In this document: positions 14,270-26,600 of the stretch, piece by piece | Position numbering within the stretch: position 1 is the first letter of the stretch | Layout: each line of letters begins with the position of its first letter | NCBI GenBank assembly: GCA_964016885.1 | Contig: OZ024753.1 | Span: 45,074,001 to 45,138,000, forward strand | DNA from: Eledone cirrhosa | Lineage: Eukaryota | Length of the DNA stretch: 64,000 nucleotides | Direction: 5' to 3' | Notes under the pieces: model-generated | The model's database searches: none | What the model saw: the letters and a program-made list of their open reading frames with translations, nothing else | Told to the model about the DNA's origin: nothing | Position numbers and translations under genes: made by a program

Positions 14270-14460
14270 GATTAGTCACCGGTATTTGTGCCAAGCCTTA
14301 CCAATGGTCATGAATCTTGGGTAATGACCGAAAGAATATGACCGTGAATACAAGTGGCTGAAATGAGATTCCTCCAAAGAGTCTTTCAAGTAACTTTATT
14401 CAATAGAGTGCATAGCTCAGAGATAAGAAGAGAGTGACCCCTTCTCAGTCTTTTTCAACT
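14270..14460 (+). mobile_element. Decayed RTE (Expander-like) C-terminal fragment
   Basis: LTNGHESWVMTERI*P*IQVAEMRFLQRV. Confidence 0.7.
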
Positions 14461-14511
14461 TCAACAGCAATCTGTCACCCTCATTATTCAATGTCTGCTG
14501 CTCTCCTGGTT

Positions 14512-14800
14512 GGCACAAGGCCACACTTTTGAAGAGGATAAATATAGTTAAACCAACCTCAGTACATCCAAAATACTGATTCCTTCTAGAGGAAGGATAG
14601 AAAAAGAGAGAGAGAGAAAGTGAGGCAGAGATATAGAGGAAGAATCAACCCCAGTACTTGACTGGTACTTTTTTATCGACCTCGAAAGGATGGAAGGCAA
14701 AGTTGACCTCGGCGAGATTTGAACTGAGAGAGCAGAGAACCAGAACAAATACCATAAAGTATTCTATCTGACGTTCTAAAGACTCTGCCAATTAATTGCC
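14512..14800 (-). mobile_element. Older Meta-domain-like SINE variant (relative at 15585-15835)
   Basis: ctggtacttt..tatcgacc...ggatg.aaggcaaagttgacctcggcgagatttgaact. Confidence 0.75.
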
Positions 14801-16727
14801 TACGGTCATAACTAGAATATCTAACAACATTTACCCAAGGGCAAAACAGACTTCCATTAGTAAAAGAAAAACAAATCTTATATATTCTCTGTGTAAGGTT
14901 TCATTTTTAAGAAGAGACAAAGAAAGATTGGTTGGTAGTTTTGGGTATTTAGAAATTCTGTTTAGTTTGTAAGGCGGACCATATATCTTGTCGACTTATC
15001 TTTAAATGGAATCTAGACCAAAGGTTTAGAATTTCACTGAAACATGTTTTCCCTTCTGTTGTAATGAAGAAAAGAAAATGTCTTTTGGTTTAACCCCCCC
15101 CCCCCCTGAAATTCTATAACACACCAAAATTGGTAGCTTTGTTTGTTTTTTTCTGTTTTTCTTTCTCCTAGGCACTGGAAGGGAGGTGTGGAGTGGGGGT
15201 GTGGAATAAATAAAAATGGGAATATTTACTTTTAGTGTCTCTCATAACTGATTCAAACAGTTGCTATTGTCTGGTGGTAATGAAGCAGACAAAACTACAT
15301 TTTAAAAAAAAAAGATTTTTTTTTTTCGAAAAATCATATTTTGTAAGGAATTAAAATTTTACAAGGTTTTGGGTTTTATTTGTTTTATATATTTTTTATG
15401 CTGGCTTGTGTAGGATAGTGTGTTTTTGTTTTGTTTTTTGCAAACCTTGTCATTTGCATATTATTAACAAAATTGTTGTTCTTAACAGAAATATGTTATA
15501 GTAGTAATAGTAGTATTAGTGGTGGTAGTAGTAGTAGTAGTAGTGGTGGTGGTGGTGGTGGTGGTAGTAGTAGTAGTAGTAATGGCTTCTGATTGAGGAA
15601 CAAGGCCAACAATTTTGGGGGGAGGGGAAAGTCAATTAAATTGACCCCAGAGCATAACTAGATATAGAAGAATAAACCCCAGTATGAGACTGGTACTTTT
15701 TTTATCGACCTTAAATGGATGAAAGGTAAAGTTGACCTCGACGTGATTTGAACTGCTGTATTTATTTCAGGAAGCTGAAACAAATACAGCAAAGCATTCT
15801 ATCTAACTGTATAAAAACTCTACCAATTCGCTGCCTTTTACCCTATATTGAATGAACTAACTGTTAAAGTTGTCCAACATAAAATAATTATGAGACATTA
15901 CAATCCCACATTTAAGAGAGAATATATTCTAGAACTAAACCAACACCAGTGGGTCTGTGTTTTCTCTATCAAACTGGGGCTTATAAAAGGTGGGTATTAT
16001 TATTCAGCTGTAAAACTATTTTCTTAAAAAATTACTGCAGGATGTTTAAATATTTTCAAACTCCCTTACACATTCCAGCAGGGATAAAATTTCACAAAAT
16101 AAACACAACACACACACATATGTATGAATGTATATATACATATATATATTTTCCTTTATGTTTAGTGGTTCACCTACTATATATATATATATAAATATAT
16201 ATATATATGTATATCATCATCATATATATATATATATATATATATGAATATTTAATAGATCCTATTTTACACAGGTGTTTAGCAAGGCTACAAGAGTGTG
16301 GTTAGCAACAAAATACTTTCGTTTCCCTTTCTCACATTACTTATAAACCACAAATTTTATATAGCAACGGAAATTAAGTTTTACTAAGAAGGAATTTTGG
16401 GTCAAAAGCTAAATTTAAATAAAGAACAGCAAGTTAAGGGAACACGCTAACACATGTTTCCTCTTTAAATTTGAACTTTAACTCAACATTTTTTTTACAG
16501 AAAAAAGAAACAAAACTAAATTATGTTTTTAGTTATTGAATTTATAAATTTATATTAGTTCTTTTGGTGTAAACTATTAGCCAGAGTTAATTATGTGCAG
16601 TTATTTAAGCATATGTCACATATTTTATAAAATAATATTTAACTGTAATATAATATTATTCAACACACACTAACTGGTGTTGTGTGTCAGTGATTACACT
16701 TCAGTCATTCTCACTGGTGTGTGTGTG

Positions 16728-16795
<68 letters not shown>

Positions 16796-16874
16796 CATAC
16801 AGACACAGATATATCTAACCCATGGTAGTGTGAAAAAATAGACATTAAACGGTGGTCATTATATATATATATGT

Positions 16875-17094
16875 AGGGCGGGGGATTGGCAGTATCGGTA
16901 GAGGGTCGGACGCCATGCTTTGCAGCATAGAGTTACGGCCCTTTATGATCTGAGCTCAAATCCCGCCGAGGTTAACTTTGCTTTTCATCCTTATGGGGTC
17001 GATAAAATAAAGTACCAGTCATGCACTGGGGTCGATTTAATCGACTTCCCCTCCCCCCAAATTACTGGCCTTGTGCCTATATAAGAAACCATTA
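16875..17094 (+). mobile_element. Full-length tRNA-derived SINE with Meta-domain-like core and (ATT)n tail (most abundant family in the window)
   Basis: tggcagtatcgg A-box, gagctcaaatcc B-box, ctttgccttt.catcc...ggggtcgataaaataaagtaccag core. Confidence 0.88.
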
Positions 17095-17187
17095 TATATA
17101 TATATATATATATATAATGGACTCTCCCGTCGATTCGATGTATGGAGGTTCAACAGTCTTTTCAGTTCATTGTTTTATGTTTATGCC

Positions 17188-17399
17188 TTAACCCTTTAGT
17201 ATTTAAACTGGCCGTATCTGGCCAGAATTCTCTCACCTCTCTCTGGCCATAACTGACCATAATTGACCACTGATATCGACATTAAGGTATTGTTCTCAAA
17301 ATAAATAATATCTCATAGATTCGATATTTCGTGAGATAATATGTGAGGTAAAGCCTTTATCGTGAAAATATAATAGTAATGTAAATGCTGAAGGGTTAA
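17188..17399. mobile_element. TTAA MITE, unexpanded copy
   Basis: ttaaccctttagtattta ... taaatgctgaagggttaa. Confidence 0.85.
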
Positions 17400-17418
17400 A
17401 TGGCATTTCACTCCATAT

Positions 17419-17544
17419 ATATTCATTTTATTAAGGTGAAATAGTGAGTCTTGTTACTCTGGAGTTTCACCTGTTTATCACAGGGTCATCAGGTGAAACT
17501 CCAGAGTAACAAGACTCACTATTTCACCTTAATAAAATGAATAT
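17419..17544. repeat. Perfect inverted repeat (55-bp arms, 16-nt spacer holding hammerhead core and stem II)
   Basis: - strand reads CUGAUGA c ccugu-gauaa-acagg u GAAA cuccagag UA. Confidence 0.92.
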
Positions 17545-18590
17545 TAAAACTCTACTTTGGTATTGAATACTCATTTCTCTCAGCCGTCAACCACATACTG
17601 GAAGCGAGTCTGATGTTTAGCAGTACAGTGACAAATTCAAATGTGTTTCTGTCTAATAAAACCTTCTCAGTGAAGCATAGTTTTACCAGTACTGACGACA
17701 GAGATAGACACAGTTTTAGTGACTAAACAAGTTTACTGCTAAGTTTTTAACTGTAAGTTTATTGACCTTATAAAAATCTGTTTGAGACAAAAAAAGGGGA
17801 GGTGGTGTTTGTGGTGGTGGTGGTGTTTGAGGCGGTGGTGTTTGTGGTGGTGGTGGTGGTGGTGTTTGAGGCGGTGTTAGTGATGGTGGTGGTGTTTGTG
17901 GTGGTGGTGGTGTTTAAGGTGGTGTTAGTGGTGGTGATGGCGTTTGTGGTAGTGGTGGTGTTAGTGGGGAAGGCATCAGGAAGAAAATACTAAAACTAAT
18001 TTTATGTAATAGCCTTAGAGAAAGTATGTTGTTGTTGTTGTTGCAGTTAAGTAGCTCTTGTATGTGCTTCTTGAGCAGAATTATGAAAGAGAGGTTATTA
18101 GTCAACAATTTGATGATCAGTTCATAATTTTCACACACCAGATGTGTTGAACTTTACTCTCTTTTGAAGGACAATGTTGTAATATTTTTAGTAATAGCAG
18201 ATGTTATATAGACAGCTTTAGTTCACATCTGTCTCACCACCAGACCTACTAAACTTTACTGTTTTGGAGACACTGTTGTAATATTTTAGCAACAGATGTA
18301 TTTAGACAGCTTCAGTTCACATCTGTCACACACCAGATCTACTAAACTTTACTCTGTTTTTTTTTGGACAATGTTGAAATGTTTTTAGTTGTAGCTGTGT
18401 TATATAGTTCAATGGCTGACTAAGATACTCTCATGGAATGACCAAATGAGGTTTATTTTTCAACATAGTCCTTGGAAAGAAATTATTGCAGTTATTAATA
18501 AGAAGAGTTGAAATTAATACATGCAAGATTTCACAGTCTAGCATCACTCCTCTCCTTCATAGTCAGCCTATGAACTGTTCAGCCAACCCT

Positions 18591-18675
<85 letters not shown>

Positions 18676-19174
18676 TTTTCCTTTCTTTTTGTTAAAAAAG
18701 AATATTTTTCTTCAGCAGCAAGACTTGCCATATGTTTCTTGTATGTAAACGTATGATATATGTTTATATATACACCCCTCTCTCTCTCTCTCTCTCTCTT
18801 TATCTTTGTACAATATATACATATATATATATATAAAGACCTTAACTGCTGAGGAGTCCTAGGGGTGCCCTCATGACATTGAACATTTTTAAACGGTGTA
18901 ACTGATCCCTCTCCACGTCTGATACAGTTAATTTCTTCCAGAGAAAGGTGGGGAGGGTGAGAGAGAGTGAGAGAAAGAAAGGGGGTGCAAGGGGTGAGAG
19001 AGGGGTGAGGGAGAGGAAAGAGAGGGTGATAGAGAGTGAGAGAAAGAAAGGGGGTGCAAGGGGTGAGAGAGGGGTGAGGGAGAGGGGAGGAAAGAGAGGG
19101 TGAGAGAGAAAAAGAGAATGTGATTACACTAGACACCCATCCCCACCTCACCACCTTTTTAAAATGTTTGTTTC

Positions 19175-19246
19175 TAACACACACATTGACACATACACAC
19201 ACATTGACACACACACACACACATTGACACATACACACACACATTG

Positions 19247-19278
<32 letters not shown>

Positions 19279-19455
19279 ACATACACACACACATTGACAC
19301 ACACACACACACACATTGACACATACACACACACATTGACACACACACACACACATTGACACATACACACACACATTGACACATACACACACACATTAAC
19401 ACATACACACACACATTGACACACATTAACAGAGACACACACACACACACTCACA
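19175..19455 (+). repeat. (attgac(ac)n) minisatellite
   Basis: Directly visible. Confidence 0.92.
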
Positions 19456-19551
19456 TGTGTATGTTTTTCTATCTTGGTTGTTTATTGAAATTTTCTCATT
19501 AAAACAACCAGTGCAACATTTCAAATGGCTCCATATATGTATATGAGAGGG

Positions 19552-19585
<34 letters not shown>

Positions 19586-19600
19586 GATATATATACATAC

Positions 19601-19676
<76 letters not shown>

Positions 19677-19761
19677 GTGTAATACTGTGTCTATACATGT
19701 GTCTGACTACATGCACATATGTATGTATACATTTATATATATATATGTATATATGAGGGTG

Positions 19762-19800
<39 letters not shown>

Positions 19801-19802
<2 letters not shown>

Positions 19803-20141
19803 AAGCACATGGCTTATTGGTTAGCGCAGCATTGGCCTTGCAATCGAAAGGTTGTGAGTTCAATTCTCAGACTGGGTGATGTGTTGTTTCCTTGAGCAAG
19901 ACACTTTATTTCACATTGCTCCAGTTTACTCAGCTGTAGAAATGAGATGATGGGGACTGGGGTGCCTATCATTCCACTGCAAAGTGGTCGTGGAGGTGCC
20001 ACGGCAAAAAAGCACCCAGTACTCACTGTAAATGAGGTTGGTGTTAGGAAGGGCATCCAGCTGTAGAAATCAAGCCAGAATCAGTTCCCGTCCCACCCTT
20101 GCAAGCAGGGAAAAGCGGACGTAAAATGATGATGATGATGA
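19801..20141 (+). mobile_element. tRNA-derived CORE-like SINE with RTE-related tail
   Basis: A-box tggcttattgg, B-box gagttcaattc, ccttgagcaagacacttt core, (GAT)n tail. Near-identical copies at 20960-21328 and 27194-27303. Confidence 0.88.
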
Positions 20142-20222
20142 TATATAAATATAAATATACAAATATATATATATGTATATATATGTGTATATCTACAAGT
20201 CAATGTATATGTCTCATTATAG

Positions 20223-20336
20223 AGCCAGTGCTACAGTTCAGATGGCTCCAAGTATGCGTTCAGAGTCATGGAAAATTGGATGGATCCAGGCTTGTACCAA
20301 AATGATATTTCGGAATACCTACAGTAATGAAGGCTT
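20223..20336 (+). CDS. FAM78: FAM78-family protein, internal exon (xASATVQMAPSMRSESWKIGWIQACTKMIFRNTYSNEG)
   Basis: Not in ORF track. Acceptor ctcattatAG, donor GTAAGT, 114 nt, phase 2 to phase 2. Translation matches the FAM78 motif ASA.V.MP.....W..GWIQAC..M.F.N.Y...G and joins in frame to the exon at 30485. Confidence 0.92.
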
Positions 20337-20404
20337 GTAAGTATGTCCACTTTATTACAGGGAAGGAGTTTGTTTTGAAGTCCACTTTATTTGGTAATAA
20401 TCAT

Positions 20405-20730
20405 AATAATTGTTTCTACTTTTGGCACAAGGCCAGCAATTACCCAGTGCATTACTGGTACTTTATTTTATCGACCCCGTAAGGATGAAAGGCAAAGTTG
20501 ACCTCAGCGGGATTTGAACTCAGACCGTAAAGGGACGTAACTCTATGGTTCAAAGTATGGCATCCGACCCTCTACTGATACTGCCAATCCACCGCCAATA
20601 ATAATAATAATTGTTTCTACTTTTGGCACAAGGCCAGCAATTACCCAGTACATTACTGGTACTTTATTTTATCGACCCCGTAAGGATGAAAGACAAAGTT
20701 AACCTCGGCGAGATTTGAACTCAGATCATA
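20405..20730 (-). mobile_element. Two tandem Meta-domain-like SINEs
   Basis: Full copy 20405-20597 and truncated copy 20597-20730. Confidence 0.88.
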
Positions 20731-20747
20731 AATAATAATAATGATGA

Positions 20748-21295
20748 TAAATTACAGACCAATAACTTGACCAGAATATATAAAATGTTAAAATCAATTC
20801 TAACTGAATATAAATATGATCAACTGATATCAAATGAACTAATTCCTAACAGCAGAAAGATCAGAGTTAAATACAAGGAATAATATCAATGCCATAAACA
20901 GGCTTACCATTCCTGTAGTAACTTAGTTTCAATGTCATCAACTGGATTAACGCAGAGATGGAGGCACATGGAGGCACATGGCTTAGTGGTTAGCGCAGCA
21001 TTGGCCTTGCAATCGAAAGGTTGTGAGTTCAATTCTCAGACCGGGTGATGTGTTGTTTCCTTGAGCAAGACACTTTATTTCACATTGCTCCAGTTTACTC
21101 AGCTGTAGAAATGAGATGATAGAGACTGGGGTCCATATCATTCCACTGCAAAGTGGTCGTGGGGGTGCCACAGCAAAAAAAACACCCAGCACTCACTGTA
21201 AATGAGGTTGGTGTTAGGAAGGGCATCCAGCTGTAGAAATCAAGCCAGAATCAGTTCCCGTCCCACCCTTGCAAGCAGGGAAAAGCGGACATAAA

Positions 21296-21327
<32 letters not shown>

Positions 21328-21750
21328 CTGTAAACTTGATATGAAAATTAGAAAAATTTTAACCATGATCAAAGTTCATCACTCCAAGGTAGATATAGAC
21401 ATATTATATCTCCCTAGGAACAAACGAGGTCTTGGAGTAATCCAGGGAGATATTTCTATGAAAACTGCAACAATTGGATTATTTACATGAAAGGAATCAA
21501 CTGATTGGAGGATTAAACTTGTTCTAAAACACAACGAGGACCAAAGATCAGACTCCATTACAGAAGATGTGCACAGAGACTTTAATGAACTATAAATTTC
21601 AGAAGTTCCCTTTACTGGTGAAATGAAAACCACAGAAAAATCAAAGCAGGTAAATATCATTGCAAAGAAAGAATTATTAAAGAAATTCTACCAAGAAATG
21701 GCAAGATGTGCCTCTGTATGGAAATAGCCAGAAATAGCTAACAATCCTGA
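20748..21750 (+). mobile_element. Decayed R4/Dong-like LINE RT fragment, interrupted by a SINE at 20960-21328
   Basis: Remnant peptides NYRPIT, ELNTRNNINAINRLTIPVVT and KLDMKIRKILTMIKVHHSKVDIDILYLPRNKRGLG, with stops and frameshifts. Confidence 0.75.
20960..21328 (+). mobile_element. Same SINE family, full length, 10-nt 5' duplication (ggaggcacat x2)
   Basis: Near-identical to 19801-20141; inserted into the R4/Dong fossil. Confidence 0.88.
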
Positions 21751-22023
21751 TGAATTTGGGACTGTCATGAGATGAAGGCCGTCTCGATCGTTAAAGGAGC
21801 ACCTGGTCCCTATCTCAAAGCTTTTCAAAAGCTGGTTAAAAAACATTAACTTAGCCACCTTTTTTTTGGAACACTTCAAAAGACCCGTCTACTGGAAATG
21901 GCAAAGACCCTTTTTTATGTCCTGAATATCTGAGGCTGTAGGTAGTGGCTTGATGTTCATTTGGGCCAACTTCCTTTGAAAATTAAATAACATCAATGAC
22001 TGAGATATCAAATTCACAATCAC

Positions 22024-22025
<2 letters not shown>

Positions 22026-22066
<41 letters not shown>

Positions 22067-22598
22067 TTTCTACTTTTGGCACAAGGCCAGCAATTACCCC
22101 AGTGCATTACTGGTACTTTATTTTATCGACTTCGTAAGGATAAAAGGTAAAGCTAACCGTGGCAGGATTTCAACTCTGAACATAAAGGGTCATAACTCCT
22201 ATTCTGCAAAGCATCGTGTCTGATGCTCTACCGATTCTGCCAAGGTAGTTTGGCAGTATCGGTAGAGTGTCAGACACGATGCTTTGCAGAATAGGAGTTA
22301 TGTAAACCCTCGGTGGTCTCATTCTTACGGGGTCGATAAAATAAGGTACCAGTAATACACTGGGATAATTGCTTGCCTTGTGCCAAAAGTAGAACCAATT
22401 ATTATTATTATTATTAGGTCAGTAAATTGGCAGATTCATTAGTTGTTAGCACTGGCTGTCTATGTTCTGAGGTCAACTTTACCTTTCATCCTTCTGGGGT
22501 CAATAAAATAAAATACCAGTAATATATTATGGTTGATTTAACTGATTTACTTCCCTCCCACCAAATTGCTGGCCTTGTGCCTAAATTAAAAATTGTTA
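22026..22598. mobile_element. Three Meta-domain-like SINEs: 22026-22243 (-), 22250-22415 (+), 22417-22598 (+)
   Basis: The first two are head-to-head and form a hairpin. Confidence 0.85.
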
Positions 22599-22659
22599 TT
22601 TCTTACATGAATGGAAGAATTTGTGTCGGGAGGTGAGAGGACATCTACACTGCCATTCA

Positions 22660-22707
<48 letters not shown>

Positions 22708-22769
22708 TATACATGTATACATACAGATATATACATATATATGTAAATATACATACATACATATATATG

Positions 22770-22801
<32 letters not shown>

Positions 22802-22924
22802 CATACATATATACATATATGCATACATATATACATATATATATATACATATATGCATACATATATACATATATATATATACATACATGCATATATATAT
22901 ACATACATGCATACATATATATAT

Positions 22925-23505
22925 GGTGGCTGCCAACTCGTTTTCGAGTACGGCCACTGCTTTATATCCATGTAGGAGAACCCCTACCGATGCGCTGAAC
23001 GAGTGTGACTTTTTAGTCCAGCCAGCGACTTGAAAACTCTGGTACAAACACTACACTTGTGACAATTATTGACACATAGTGCTGGGCCCATGGTACCATG
23101 TGAGGACAAGTGCAGAGAGATCTCCAGATATAAAGCAATGCCTGTGCTGTGAAGCTTTTATAGTGAGCAAAGGCACTGCACAAAGCCAGTCCCACTCTCT
23201 TAACCAAGATGATATTTACCAAAAAGAAGAACAAGTCAACATCATTGGATACCATCAGGGTTGCAGGTGTTATATCAGTTTTACTTCTCCCAGAATTCTG
23301 CCTTGACAAAGGCTAAGGGGTCATCTCTCCCGGTGATTTTGGATGGCTATTGAGTCTTAAGAGCTCCCTTGCCCTTTGACAGGTTTTGTTTTTAGTCCTG
23401 CAGGATGTCCAAAGTCACCCTCCTCACCAAGAAACCTTGGTGGGGTTGCCAGTTTAGTCGCCAACGACCCGACCATGAGACAGGTTGTACTGGGATACAT
23501 GTTAC
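22925..23505 (-). mobile_element. Non-autonomous bipartite RTE-type element (5'-UTR-like part joined to a 3' end encoding a C2H2 finger)
   Basis: 3' part encodes [23 protein letters not shown]. Near-identical second copy at 7895-8279; related 5' end at about 27835-27930. Confidence 0.7.
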
Positions 23506-23640
23506 ATATATATATATACATATATGCATACATACATACATATATATATATACATACATGCATATATATATACATACATGCATACATATATACATACATG
23601 CATACATATATACATACATGCATACATATATACATACATG

Positions 23641-23682
<42 letters not shown>

Positions 23683-23685
<3 letters not shown>

Positions 23686-26600
23686 TCATCACCGTTTTAC
23701 GTCCGTTCTTCCACGCTAGCATGGGTTAGACGGGTTGTCCTGTTGTGGGCAGTGTCTGGTCGGCTGACCATGCCTTGCTCATACAGGAACTGATCTGGCT
23801 TGATTTCTACAGCTGGATGCCCTTCCTAACACCAACCTCATTTACAGTGAGTGCTGGGTGCTTTTTCGTGGCGCCTACACGTCCACTTTACAGTGTGGGC
23901 TGGGTGCTTTTTTGCCGTGGCACCTCCACGACCACCTTGCGGTGGGGGGGGGGGGCATATTGTTTATATGCTTCAGCATGTACCCATGGGAGGTCGGGTA
24001 CCCTGTATTACTGCGTGACGCCAGAAGTCACGGTCGTGTGTCATTGACTTTGAGAGGTGTAGTTGGGTAAGGTCGGCTTTTATCACCTCATCCCAAGTCA
24101 TCTTGGGTCTCCCCACTCCGCGGTTTCCATCAACTTCTAGTGCTCTGCACCTTTTTATGCAGCTGTCATCCTTCATACGCATCACATGTCCATACCAGCG
24201 TAACCGCCTCTCCTGCACGCAGCATTTGATTCCTCTTATGCTCAGTCTCTCTCTCAATTCATTTATGCTTTGTCGTTCACGTATATTACTGTTACACATC
24301 CATCGGAGCATGCAGGCTTCGTTTCTCTCTAATCTACGTAAGTCTTCCACCTTCAGCGCCCAGGTCTCACTACCATGCAACATCGCTGTTCGGATACACG
24401 CATCATACAGTCTGCCTTTCATTCTGAGGGAGAAGCCTTTTGCAGCTAGCAGTGGTAGTAGTTCCCTAAACTTCTTCCATCCCGTTCTTACCCTAGTTAT
24501 TGTACTTTCTGAGCACCCACCTCCGTTGCTAATTCGGTCACCTAGGTAGCAGAAGCTGTCTACTGTTTCTACAGGGCCCTCCCAGAGATTGGTGGTACTT
24601 GTTTCCTGTGGCTGTTTGCTTGCTGTTTCAGCACAGCTGCTGCATGTGAATCCTACATTCTTAATTAAGCTTCCTGAGATCCCGCTACATCTCTTGTGTA
24701 CCCATTGTTTGCATTTGGGGCAAAGAATGGAGTTCCTACCTACACCTTTCCTACATACTGAGCAAGGCCATTTCCCTGAGGGGATCTGGGTTCTGTTTTC
24801 TCGTCTACTTATAAGGACCTTAGTCTTTGTCATGTTGACTTTGAGGCCCTTTCTCTCTAGTCCCTGCTTCCAGGTTTGGAATTTATTCTCTAGTTCTACC
24901 ATAGATTCAGCTATGAGTGCGAGGTCATCAGCATACAGGAGTTCCCATGGGCATCCGGTCTTAAACTCCTCCGTTATTGCCTGCAGGACTATGATGAACA
25001 GGAGAGGGCTAAGAACAGAGCCCTGGTGGACCCCAACCTGTACGCTAAATTCCTCGCTATACTCATTGCCAATCCTAACTTTGCTGACTGCTCCCCTATA
25101 CATGGCTTGTACCGCTTTCACAAGCCATTCATCTACTCCTAGTTTTCTAAGAGCCCACCAGATTACTGCACGTGGAACTCTGTCAAAGGCTTTCTCAAGG
25201 TCGACAAATGCCAAGTAGAGTGGCTTACTTTTAGCTAGGTACTTTTCCTGTAATTGCCTCACAAGGAAGAGCGCATCAGTGGTGCCTTTCCCTGGAACAA
25301 ACCCAAATTGCATCTCGTCTATATTCACCCGGTCCCTAATCAGCTGTGCTATAACTCTTTCTGTTACTTTCATGACCTGGTCCATCAACTTTATACCTCT
25401 ATAGTTTCCTCTATCTAGTGCATCGCCTTTACCTTTGTAGCAGTTGACAATGATGCTACTGCACCAATCTTTTGGTATGGCCCCCTCTAGTATTACCTGG
25501 TTAACGATACGTGTGGTTATAGTGTGACCTACAGACCCAGATGCCTTCAGCATCTCGGCAGCTATACCCGATGGACCGGTTGCCTTCCCTATCTTCATAT
25601 CTCTGATTGCCTTACTTACTACGCTGCCGCTGACTTGTACTGCTGGTCCCTCTATAGGGTCTACGTGGGGTAGGGTCTCTTCTTCCCATGCATTCTCCTC
25701 ATTTAGTAATCTATCATAATGACTCTTCCATGCATCTTTCTTCTCAGCACTTGTGAGGGCAAGCTCACCTTTATCATTCCGGATACACTTCTCTCCAATG
25801 ACATCACAACTATCTCTGACACACTGCCTCGCAATCTTGAATACCTCCTGTTTCTGGTCCTCACGTTGTAAAACATGCTTGAATTTTCTATCCTCTGCTT
25901 CCCTCCTAGCTAAGTATACTTGTCGCCTAGCTTCCCTCTTGGTCTCTATGTAATGTACCCTGCTCCCCCCGTTCTTCCATTCTTTCCATGCCTGTCTCTT
26001 GGCCTTGACTGCTTCATCTACCTTATTGTTCCACCACCAAGTCACTCTCCTCCTGCTTGAGGTCTTACTCCAGCCACAAACCTCATCCGTCGCCTCTAGT
26101 AAGTTATTTTTTAGGAACTCCCAGTTCTCTTCTACGTTAAATGTCTCTATCTGTTCTTCTTTACTGTCGTAGGCGTTGAGTAAAATATCTTTAAATCTGT
26201 TACTGGTTGAGGGGACTTTCAGCTTCCAGATCTTTCTTCTCCAGGTTGGCCTCTGTTTCAGGGCTCGTCTAGTTCTGACCGTGAGGTCGCTGACAACTAA
26301 GCTATGTTGGGATGTACATTCCTCACTAGGGAAGGCTTTTGTGTTTACGACCGTCCATCTGTCACGTCCTCTGATGAGAATAAAATCTAACTGACTAGAG
26401 TGCTCCCCTGATCTATAGGTGATCAGGTGGTTGTCGGGTTTTTTAAAGTTTGTGTTACATATCGACATGTCATTGGCGTCGCAGAATTCTAGAAGTCTGA
26501 ATCCTTCCTCATTCCTTGTGCCAACTCCATGGCCTCCATGTACTCTATTGAAGCCGTCGCAGTGTTTACCTACGTGTCCGTTAAAATCTCCTGCAATGAT

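Noticed and set aside
17584-17727. 47 open codons after tctctcAG as an exon
   Set aside because: No FAM78 or other recognisable similarity; compatible with chance.
19801-19875. tRNA gene
   Set aside because: A/B boxes are present, but the sequence continues into a SINE core and tail and occurs in multiple copies.
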